Positions 29,323-37,337 of a stretch of DNA of 64,000 nt are shown here, one piece after another (the first letter of the stretch is position 1; every line of letters begins with the position of its first letter). A program made the translations under genes and the position numbers. The notes beneath the pieces are model-generated. The model was not told the origin of the DNA. It ran no database searches and saw only the letters and a list, made by a program, of their open reading frames with translations. Source of the DNA: an uncultured bacterium (GTDB lineage Bacteria; Abyssobacteria; SURF-5); NCBI GenBank assembly GCA_964607485.1, contig CAZSKP010000006.1:75344-139343 (forward strand). Reading direction: 5' to 3'.

Positions 29323-30978
29323 TCAGTCGAGCGAGTACAGATCTCTTAGAACGGTTTTCAGTTCCTCCGGAGAGGAAGGCGCGAGGACGCCCCCCGTATA
29401 AACGAGGAAAGGCGAGACGCCGTATCTGTCCCAATCGAGCAGGTATCGGGAATCTTTTCGGAGGATCCCGAGGTCGATAAGCCTGCGCCAACGCGCCGCA
29501 ATTTGGGGGTTCTGCAGGCTTTCTTCGGAGAGATACACATGGCGGCCCATCGCCGCGATTTTGAAATAGGCCGATTCGGCGTTGGAAAGAGAGCCTTGCG
29601 GCACCCTGTCGAGCGTGACGATTCGTACGGCCTCGATTGAATCGTCTTCATAAGCAAGCCAGAGCGCATAAGTAAGGTTGTCGAATCTGAATACCAACGC
29701 GCCCCCAATGGAATCGGGCACGTTCAGGAAGAAGAACGTTTTGTTCCGTGGGGGCGTCGGATAAGAGCGTGTCGTTTGTTCGACTACACTGCCGGCAACC
29801 TCGGAAGCATATCTCCATATCTCCTGCCTCTCCTTGAGAAAGAAGCAGCTCGACGTTGCGTACATGACCACAAAAAAAGACGTGAGCGCAATCGATGCTC
29901 CGTTCGTCCGACGGGTTATCCACTCGGCGAATCTGAACAAGACGATAGAGACAAGGAGGGCCGCGCCGACGGAGCCCAGCACCACATGCCTCTCCGATGG
30001 CACCAGCCCAAGCGCCATGACGGGCGCGGCGCTCGCCAGAATCCACCACAGCAGAAACGTGAGCCGGAATCTCTTGAGAGCTACCGGGACCACGGCGACC
30101 ATGATAATGGCGCACGCGGCGAGGATATAGAATACTGTTCCGGCCGCAGCCAGCCTGTCGAACCAATTCAGCGCAAGAGCCCAATCGATTGGAGAAAGAG
30201 TCATTATCAGCGAATACCAGAGCCCCAGCATCATAATGTGCCAGTCGAAGGAGGTAACGGAAGGCGGCAATTCGGCCTGTCTCATCACCAGGCTTCGAAG
30301 CGCGATGAACAGAATCCCTATGAGAACGAAAGGCCAGCCGCTTTTCGCCGCGCGCTTCGCCGCCGTGGGCCAGCGCACTTCTCCTCCCAATAGCAGGTCA
30401 TAGAGAATAAGGACAATAGGGAGGACGACCGCCGATTCCTTCGTGAACACAGCCAGGACAAAGAAGATCAGCGAAAGCGCGTAAGCGAAACGTCTGGAGC
30501 TTCGACGCCAGAAAACGAAGAAGATGAGCGATGTTAGAACGAGAATGTTCTCGACAGCTCCGTTCAGGCTTGAAATCCAGAAGATTACCTCGGCATGCAC
30601 GGTCGACGTCAGGAAGATGACCGCCGCAGCCAGCGCCATGGACCAACGCTCGCACAGGAGCAGTCCGAGCACATAGACCTGCATACAGAGCAGCGCGTAG
30701 CACACCAGGCTCACTGCGTGAAATGCCCCGGCCCACAGCCCGAACGATTTCGCCAAGACTTCGAAGAATATCTTGATGCCGGGTCGATAATACACTCCCC
30801 ACGACGGCTTCAGGAATTCCGTGAGTCCTTCGCTCAGCGTGTCGGCCGGTCGGTTGAGCGCATGGTAGAGGACGATGTAATCGTCGGAATTGAAACCGTG
30901 GCTCACCGTCCTGCCGAAGAGGATGCAGACGAGAGCGATAAGAGAGAGCACGGCAACGATGTGTCTGTATTTCCCCAC
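29323..30978 (-). CDS. TMTC/PMT-like GT-C membrane protein without TPRs
   Basis: FNSDDY, YYRP, HAEVIFWIS, TKES, ERH. Confidence 0.7.
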   Translation of the reverse strand: MGKYRHIVAVLSLIALVCILFGRTVSHGFNSDDYIVLYHALNRPADTLSEGLTEFLKPSWGVYYRPGIKIFFEVLAKSFGLWAGAFHAVSLVCYALLCMQVYVLGLLLCERWSMALAAAVIFLTSTVHAEVIFWISSLNGAVENILVLTSLIFFVFWRRSSRRFAYALSLIFFVLAVFTKESAVVLPIVLILYDLLLGGEVRWPTAAKRAAKSGWPFVLIGILFIALRSLVMRQAELPPSVTSFDWHIMMLGLWYSLIMTLSPIDWALALNWFDRLAAAGTVFYILAACAIIMVAVVPVALKRFRLTFLLWWILASAAPVMALGLVPSERHVVLGSVGAALLVSIVLFRFAEWITRRTNGASIALTSFFVVMYATSSCFFLKERQEIWRYASEVAGSVVEQTTRSYPTPPRNKTFFFLNVPDSIGGALVFRFDNLTYALWLAYEDDSIEAVRIVTLDRVPQGSLSNAESAYFKIAAMGRHVYLSEESLQNPQIAARWRRLIDLGILRKDSRYLLDWDRYGVSPFLVYTGGVLAPSSPEELKTVLRDLYSLD

Positions 30979-30998
30979 TGATTTTCCCTAAGGTTCAC

Positions 30999-31730
30999 TT
31001 ACCCCTTCGAGGCGACCATCAGTATCGAGAGCCCGAACGGCAGGTCGCGTCGGTCGAGCAGCCGGCGTTCCACCCTCATGACTCCGAGCAGGACCCGGTT
31101 GAGCAGCTTCAGGTTCTCATAATACCTGATGCGGTATTTTGACGGATCTCTCCTGAACTTTCCAAGGGTCAGCCTCGCTGCCGCGACGGGCGGGAAGAGA
31201 AGGGTGTTGAAATAGCTCAGGCGCTCAACAATGTAACCGGCGGCCTCCGCCTTACGCGACAGTTCCCGCTTGGAGTATCTCCGCCTGTGATGCAGCGCGA
31301 CATCGTGCGCGCTCCACAGCGTCTCGTGAGCGGGAACGCTTGCCAGCAGCCTGCCCCGAGGCGCGGTGACCCTGTGCAGTTCGCCGAGCACCGCCTCGTC
31401 GTGCTCGCAGTGCTCGAGCAAGTCTGCAGCGACGACCAGCTCGAATGCGTCTGACCCGAAGGGGAGCATGCCGGCATCGGCCTGGCACAGTTTGGCTAAT
31501 CCGACGCTGCGGCAATGAGTCAGTGCGCCGATGTTGTCGTCTATTCCAAACACGGGGCCGACGCTCGCGAACCTCTTCATCATCAGCCCCGAGCCGCATC
31601 CGACGTCGAGGATCCGTTTGCCGCGAAGCTCTTCCCGGTATGCGCTGAAAAACAGGAGATCGCGGGTTCCGACAAACCACCAGTGATTTTCGCCGAGCCG
31701 AAAAAGCTGGGCGTACTCTTCAGGATTCAT
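30999..31730 (-). CDS. Class I SAM-dependent methyltransferase
   Basis: ENHWWF, ILDVGCGSG, DLLEH, LWSAHD..LHHRRRY. ATGA overlap with the upstream gene. Confidence 0.88.
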   Translation of the reverse strand: MNPEEYAQLFRLGENHWWFVGTRDLLFFSAYREELRGKRILDVGCGSGLMMKRFASVGPVFGIDDNIGALTHCRSVGLAKLCQADAGMLPFGSDAFELVVAADLLEHCEHDEAVLGELHRVTAPRGRLLASVPAHETLWSAHDVALHHRRRYSKRELSRKAEAAGYIVERLSYFNTLLFPPVAAARLTLGKFRRDPSKYRIRYYENLKLLNRVLLGVMRVERRLLDRRDLPFGLSILMVASKG

Positions 31731-32626
31731 TCGACGCTGTCTGTCTTTCTCCCATACACGAGCATTATGTCGAACGGGTTGACATAGACCACGCGGTCGG
31801 CGATGCGAAGCAGCCGAGCCGCTCGGGAGAGCAGGCGTTGCGTCGCCGAGCTGTATTGTCCCGCCCTCTTGATGAAGAATTGCACGTCTATGTATTTGCC
31901 GACGTGTGTCAACCGAACGGGCTCGAAATGGTACTTGACGAGAAAACGGCGGATGGTGTCGGGTGAGAAATAGTACAGGTGCTCTCCCTGTTTGATGCCC
32001 ATCCAGCGAGTGCGCCATATCCGTGCAGGCAGGCTGGAGACATCCGGAGTGGTGAGCGCCAGCAGTCCTCCCTTTTTCAGAAGCCGGTTTGCGTGGACCA
32101 GTTCCTTCGCCGGACGGGGACAGTGTTCGATGTAGTCCCACATGGTTATCACATCGAAAGCCGCAGGTTCCAGGTGTGCATCGTCCAGCGAGCCGCACAA
32201 TATGTCGATGCCCAGATTGCGCCGCGCAAACTCGCAGGCGAATTCGGATATCTCTATTCCCTCCGCCTCCCAGCCCAGTTGCCTGGCGACTTCGAGTGAG
32301 AATCCCGTCGCGCAGCCCACGTCGAGGAGCTTCCCTTTGCCTCCCATCCATTCTTCAATTTCATTCATGCGCTTTTGAAAGGTTTTCGAGATCTTGGCTC
32401 GGTCGGCGATGTAGTCGTCGTATCCCAGCGCGGCGGAATCGGCGCTCCGGAAATAGGCTTCCGAGTACAGCCGCTTCAGCTCTTCCCGGTCGGGAATCTC
32501 ATCGGCGCGCACCAGCCCGCAGCCTGTGCATTGGAGTATCCCGAGGTTTGGGTAGAGGTGTCGGGCCGATTGAGAGCCGCAGAGGTCGCATGGAGAAGCG
32601 TCAGTCGTTGGCGGGCGCGGATTCAT
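31727..32626 (-). CDS. Class I SAM-dependent methyltransferase with N-terminal Zn ribbon
   Basis: CDLC...CTGC, LLDVGCATG, DYIEH, EHLYYF. Confidence 0.88.
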   Translation of the reverse strand: MNPRPPTTDASPCDLCGSQSARHLYPNLGILQCTGCGLVRADEIPDREELKRLYSEAYFRSADSAALGYDDYIADRAKISKTFQKRMNEIEEWMGGKGKLLDVGCATGFSLEVARQLGWEAEGIEISEFACEFARRNLGIDILCGSLDDAHLEPAAFDVITMWDYIEHCPRPAKELVHANRLLKKGGLLALTTPDVSSLPARIWRTRWMGIKQGEHLYYFSPDTIRRFLVKYHFEPVRLTHVGKYIDVQFFIKRAGQYSSATQRLLSRAARLLRIADRVVYVNPFDIMLVYGRKTDSVE

Positions 32627-33350
32627 ATCGTCTTTTCCGGTCGTTGATGCGCACCTTCACGATCTCGAGCAGCATCGGGAGCGTATGCTTCAGCACGCTG
32701 ACCTTTGTGGAGGGCGAATTGTTCCAGGTGACTCCGATTTCGCCGATGCGGTAGCCGAATTTGCGGGCCAGAAAGAGTGCCTCGACGTCGAAACCGAAGC
32801 CGTCGAGACGCGCGACCGAAAATATCTTCGTTGCCGAGCCGTCCTCGAAATACTTGAACCCGCATTGGGTGTCTCGAACCTTGGGCACGGCCAGCAGGCG
32901 CACTATCTTGTTGAACACCTTGCCGCTCAGTTCCCTGTACCAGGGTCGCCAGCCCACTATGACCGAATCACTAAGAGCCCTCGACCCGACAACCACGTCG
33001 CAGCCGTTTTTCGCGCCTTGCTTCAGCTTTTCCAGTTCCTCGATGGGGGTCGCGAGGTCGGCGTCGGAGAGGAGCACGTCCTTTGCGCTCGCGTTGAGCA
33101 TGCCCGTCCGCACGGCGCAGCCTTTGCCTCGATTCGGATGATAACTGATGAGTCGTATGCGGCTATCCTTGCGAGCGTAACTTTCAACGACTTCATCCGT
33201 GGAGTCGATGCTTCCGTCGCTCACGACGATTATCTCGTAGTCGATTCCGCGGTTGGTCAGATGTGTGGATATGGCCTCCAGTGTGGAACCAATTCGTTCG
33301 GCCTCGTTGTAAGCGGGAATGACAACGGAGAGCTCGGTTGTATGTGCCAT
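32601..33350 (-). CDS. Dolichyl/polyprenyl-phosphate beta-glucosyltransferase-like GT2
   Basis: SVVIPAYNE, DGSID, NRGKG, DADLATP, DTQCGFK, FGFDVE. Confidence 0.9.
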   Translation of the reverse strand: MAHTTELSVVIPAYNEAERIGSTLEAISTHLTNRGIDYEIIVVSDGSIDSTDEVVESYARKDSRIRLISYHPNRGKGCAVRTGMLNASAKDVLLSDADLATPIEELEKLKQGAKNGCDVVVGSRALSDSVIVGWRPWYRELSGKVFNKIVRLLAVPKVRDTQCGFKYFEDGSATKIFSVARLDGFGFDVEALFLARKFGYRIGEIGVTWNNSPSTKVSVLKHTLPMLLEIVKVRINDRKRRYESAPAND

Positions 33351-33427
33351 AGCGGGAGATCCGGGTTGCGCATCCGGTTACGGAAGGCCGGATTTTCGTC
33401 TGTGTCATCACGAAACAAGCAGTCATC

Positions 33428-33456
33428 ATTATACTTGTGGCGAAAGAGCGTGTCAA
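33428..33456 (-). promoter_or_regulatory. Perfect consensus promoter of the GT2-methyltransferase-GT-C operon
   Basis: TTGACA, 17 nt, TATAAT on the minus strand. Confidence 0.8.
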
Positions 33457-33545
33457 CTGACCCGCCAACGTCCCGGACCTGCAACCGAGCGGATTTTGTT
33501 GAAAGAAGGGAGGCGTTCGTGTCTTGATGTTGTCGCGGTCGGGCT

Positions 33546-35249
33546 TCAGCGTTTTTGGCGGAGTTTCTTTAGGGAAAGCGTGTTGAGGATGTCCTGTGGC
33601 TCGAGCCAGCCGCGACGGGCCACGGCGATGCCGAGCCTCAGCATGTCCAGGTGTTCGAGCCGATGCGCGTCGGTGCCGATGGCGAGCTTGACGCCGAGCT
33701 GTTTGGCGCGTTTGCACCAGATGTCGTCGAGGTCGAGCCTGTCGTAGTTGGCGTTGATTTCTATCGCCGTTCCCGTCTTGGCGGCGACGGCGAGGATTTC
33801 CTCGATGTCGACATCGTAAGGCGACCGCTGGCCGATGAGCCTGCCGGTCGGGTGCGCGATGCAGTCAACCAGCCGGTTCTCCATGGCGGAGACGATACGG
33901 CGCGTGATTTTCTCGCGAGGCTGCTTGAAGCCCGAGTGTATCGAGGCGACCACCCAGTCGAATTTTTCGAGAAGGTCGTCGGGATAGTCGAGCTTTCCGT
34001 CGGAGAGTATGTCCAGCTCCGTCCCCATGAGCAGCTTGAGATTCTTGAGCTTGGAATTGAGTTTTTGGATTTTCCTGCGTTTCTCCTCCACCCGGTCGGG
34101 GGTGAGACCGCGCGCGATCTTGAGCGATTGCGAATGGTCGGTGACGGCTATGTATTTGTAGCCAAGCGCCTGCGCGCGTTCGGCAAGCTGTTCGAGCGTG
34201 GCGCGGCCGTCGCTGAAGTCGGAATGCACGTGCATATCGCCCTTTATCTGTTTGGTGGTCACGAGGTCGGGCAGCGCGTCTTCGCCGGCCGCCTCGATCT
34301 CGCCCCTGTCCTCCCTGAGCTCAGGCGGCATGTAGCGCAATCCCATTGCGTCGTAAATATCTTCCTCTTCCGCGCCTCCGATTCTCTTTTCACCCTTGAA
34401 GATGCCGTACTCATTGATTTTCATCCCGCGGCCTTTTGCGATGTCGCGCAGCTTGATATTGTGGGCTTTCGAGCCGGTGAAATACTGGAGCGCGGCCCCG
34501 AAGCAGTCCTCGTCCACGACTCGCAGGTCGATCTGTTGGTTTCCCTCGACAATCACGCTTGCCTTGGTACTTCCGGCCGCCAGCACTCTCTTCACTTGGG
34601 GAAGAGTCGTGAATGCCTCGATGGCCTTGGCGTGGTCGGCGGCCGAGGCGAGAATGTCGATGTCCCCGATTGTTTCACACATGCGCCTGAGACTGCCGGC
34701 CATCTCGGCCCGTTTGACGGCCCGAAATTTTCTCACCGACGCCACAATCTCTTCCGCTACGGGAAGCGCGATTCCCAGGGGGATGCGCTTCGCCGCCTCG
34801 CGGAGCAGCTCGATGCCTTTGAGAATGTTTTCCGCCTTTTTTTCGCCCATCCCCGGCAGCTCTGCCAATTTGCCTGAGCGAGCCGCCTCTTCGAGCGCCT
34901 GGAAGGAATCTATCTTCAGCTTGGAATGGATGAGCGCCAGGCTCTTGGGGCCCATTCCGGGTATCTGAAGCATGTCGATGAGCTCGTCGGAGAGCCCCTT
35001 GCGCTCTTCTTCATACTTCTTGATTTTTCCCGTCTCAAGGTATTCACGTATTTTCTCCGCCGTGCTCTTGCCGATGCCCGGCAGCTCCGACAGCCGGTCT
35101 TCGGCCGCGACGACGGCGATGTCCTCGGTGGTGTCGCGCAATGTGCGCGCCGCCTTTCGGTACGAGTTGACCTTGAACACGACGTCGCCCTTGAATTCAA
35201 GGATGTCGCCGAGACGGTCGAATATTTCAGCTATCTCCGAATTTTTCAT
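33546..35249 (-). CDS. polX: DNA polymerase X / PHP 3'-5' exonuclease
   Basis: GSLRR, GDIDIL (DxD), IDLR, YFTGSKAHN; PHP motifs HVHS, TDHS, AHPTGR, TDAH. Confidence 0.95.
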   Translation of the reverse strand: MKNSEIAEIFDRLGDILEFKGDVVFKVNSYRKAARTLRDTTEDIAVVAAEDRLSELPGIGKSTAEKIREYLETGKIKKYEEERKGLSDELIDMLQIPGMGPKSLALIHSKLKIDSFQALEEAARSGKLAELPGMGEKKAENILKGIELLREAAKRIPLGIALPVAEEIVASVRKFRAVKRAEMAGSLRRMCETIGDIDILASAADHAKAIEAFTTLPQVKRVLAAGSTKASVIVEGNQQIDLRVVDEDCFGAALQYFTGSKAHNIKLRDIAKGRGMKINEYGIFKGEKRIGGAEEEDIYDAMGLRYMPPELREDRGEIEAAGEDALPDLVTTKQIKGDMHVHSDFSDGRATLEQLAERAQALGYKYIAVTDHSQSLKIARGLTPDRVEEKRRKIQKLNSKLKNLKLLMGTELDILSDGKLDYPDDLLEKFDWVVASIHSGFKQPREKITRRIVSAMENRLVDCIAHPTGRLIGQRSPYDVDIEEILAVAAKTGTAIEINANYDRLDLDDIWCKRAKQLGVKLAIGTDAHRLEHLDMLRLGIAVARRGWLEPQDILNTLSLKKLRQKR

Positions 35250-35264
35250 GGATTCGCGGTGCTC

Positions 35265-35756
35265 TCAGCGGTCTGCCGACCCGCTCAGGCTCCATTTTGG
35301 GACGAGGTCGTCCAGCAGAGCCTTCACGTACTTCTCGATTTCCTCGTACGTGGAAATGAAATACTCTATCGGCGCCCCGTAGGGGTCTTCGACGTCACGG
35401 CCGCGGACGTGGGGAGGACCGAAATCTGTCAACAAGCGATACTTGCCGCCGCTGTCCCCGCATATGACACCGGCTTCTCTGAGATGGTTTCTCTCCAGTC
35501 CGATAACAAGGTCGGCCCTCTTGAGCATCTGCCGTGTGACTTGCCGGGCCCGATGGCGCGACAGGTCAACACCCCGTTCGGCCGCCACCTCGACGGCAAG
35601 CTCGGCCGCGGTCTGACCGATCAGCGCTAACGTGCCCGCCGATGAGACGGTGACGGAATTTATCCCTCTTTTCGCCAGCTCTTGCTTCAGGATTCCCTCG
35701 GCTATAGGAGACCTGCACAGGTTGCCGGTACAGAGAAACAGTACATGTCTGCTCAT
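35265..35756 (-). CDS. Low molecular weight protein phosphatase
   Basis: CTGNLCRS P-loop, SAGT, DVEDPYG. ATG at 35756. Confidence 0.93.
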   Translation of the reverse strand: MSRHVLFLCTGNLCRSPIAEGILKQELAKRGINSVTVSSAGTLALIGQTAAELAVEVAAERGVDLSRHRARQVTRQMLKRADLVIGLERNHLREAGVICGDSGGKYRLLTDFGPPHVRGRDVEDPYGAPIEYFISTYEEIEKYVKALLDDLVPKWSLSGSADR

Positions 35757-35763
35757 CGAGTCT

Positions 35764-35792
35764 AATGTAGAGGAATCGAGGGGTAAAGTCAA
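35764..35792 (-). promoter_or_regulatory. Promoter of LMW-PTP/polX (probably leaderless)
   Basis: TTGACT, 17 nt, TACATT, then 7 nt to the ATG. Confidence 0.55.
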
Positions 35793-35828
35793 GGCGGCCG
35801 AGACGGCCGAAATCGGAGGCAGCGCCTG

Positions 35829-36887
35829 CTACGGAGCTTGGCCTTTGGAGCCCGATTGTATTTCCTTGCGGAGGCCTTCAACGAGCGAGCGGCACTCAGG
35901 GTCGGTCTTCTGGAGGGTCTTGATCTTGCGGCAGGCGTGCAGGACGGTCGTGTGGTCCTTCCTGCCGAAAACCTGTCCGATCTCGGAGAGCGAGGCCGAG
36001 GTGAGCTCGCGACTCAGATACATGGCCACCTGACGCGGAAACGCCACGGAGCGCGAACGGCGGGGCGAGGTGAAATCGGATTCCTTGATGCCGAAGAATT
36101 TGGCGGCGATTTGCCTTATGCCGTCCACCGTGACCTCGGAGATTCGCCCGCGCTTGATTATGTCTGCAAGCACCTCCCTCACAAGCTTCGGTGAGGGCGA
36201 CTCCCCGCGAACGCCTGCCGTCGCTATCGTTCTTGTGAGCACTCCCTCCAGCTCGCGTATGTTTGAGCTCACATGCTCGGCTATCAGCCTCAGCACGTCC
36301 GTCGAGAGCTCGACCTTGCAGTTCTCGGCTTTCTTTCTGAGTATGGCGACGCGGGTGTCGAAATCGGGCGGCTCCAGCGCCGCCACGAGTCCCCATTCGA
36401 ACCTGCTCACCAGACGGTCCTCGAGCGTGGGTATCTGCTTGGGAGGACGGTCGGACGAGATGACTATCTGCTTCTTCTTATCGTGAAGCGCGTTGAACGT
36501 ATGAAAGAACTCCTCCTGGGTGGCGTCCTTTCCGGCGATGAAATGAATGTCGTCTATGAGCAAGAAATCGATGCTCCGAAACCTTTGTCGAAACTCCTCC
36601 GTCGCCCTGTTCTGAATGGCCATAATCAACTGATTCGTGAAATGCTCCGTCGAAAGGTATGCGGCCTTCAGCCTGCCCGTATGCCGCGAAAGCGCGTGGT
36701 GACCGATGGCCTGCATCAGATGCGTCTTGCCCAGGCCCACGCCCCCGTGCAGGAAGAGGGGGTTATACAGCTCGGCGGGAGTTTCGGCCACCCCTTTGGC
36801 CGCCGAATGCGCAAACAGGTTGCATGAACCGACCACAAAGTTTTCGAAGGTGTACTGGGGATTGAGCGTTGAACGGGAGTATCGCAT
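35829..36887 (-). CDS. dnaA: DnaA-family protein, domains III-IV only (352 aa)
   Basis: LNPQYTFENFVVG, YNPLFLHGGVGLGKTHL, DDIHF, TQEEFFHTFN, RLVSRFEWGL, NIRELEG, RQVAMYL, DHTTVLHA. In-frame stop shortly upstream of the ATG. Confidence 0.92.
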   Translation of the reverse strand: MRYSRSTLNPQYTFENFVVGSCNLFAHSAAKGVAETPAELYNPLFLHGGVGLGKTHLMQAIGHHALSRHTGRLKAAYLSTEHFTNQLIMAIQNRATEEFRQRFRSIDFLLIDDIHFIAGKDATQEEFFHTFNALHDKKKQIVISSDRPPKQIPTLEDRLVSRFEWGLVAALEPPDFDTRVAILRKKAENCKVELSTDVLRLIAEHVSSNIRELEGVLTRTIATAGVRGESPSPKLVREVLADIIKRGRISEVTVDGIRQIAAKFFGIKESDFTSPRRSRSVAFPRQVAMYLSRELTSASLSEIGQVFGRKDHTTVLHACRKIKTLQKTDPECRSLVEGLRKEIQSGSKGQAP

Positions 36888-36936
36888 GGATATACCAAAC
36901 GGTCAATCGGGCTTGCCTAAAGAGTTTCTCAAGGAC

Positions 36937-37050
36937 ACATCCACAAAATTATCAACATTTCCCATGTCGTCTCATAAGCTACTGTTGCTGAATTGGTTAG
37001 CCTGACTTCAAGCACCAATATCGGCTATCTTATCCACAGTCTTATTCACA
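36937..37050 (+). promoter_or_regulatory. DnaA box cluster (two tandem pairs)
   Basis: ACATCCACA 36937-45, TTATCAACA 36949-57, TTATCCACA 37030-38, TTATTCACA 37042-50; 3-nt gap within each pair. Confidence 0.8.
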
Positions 37051-37337
37051 GGTCTCAGTTGTAACATGTCGCTACAAAACCACGGAAGCCCGCCCCAGAA
37101 GGTCGTTGAACGAACGATTAGCATGGACGTCTCCCAGGAAGGTGCTTATGCCTTTCTTGTCCATCTCTTTCTGTGTCTTGGGGTTTGGCGACCATCGGCA
37201 TATTGTAATAAATAGTGACACTTCAAACACTCCGACCACGCGCACCCATTGAGATACAGAGAAAGCGGCGCACAATCAGTCTTGCCACCCAATCGGGGTT
37301 GCCGTCAGTGCTCAGAGATGATTTTCCGGAGGGGTTA

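Noticed and set aside
31731-32351. Apparent 450-aa methyltransferase fusion
   Set aside because: The extension overlaps the upstream methyltransferase in another frame; the ATGA overlap at 31727-31730 marks the real start.
37072-37275. 67-aa ORF as a possible detached DnaA domain I
   Set aside because: No resemblance to DnaA domain I, no SD, atypical composition.
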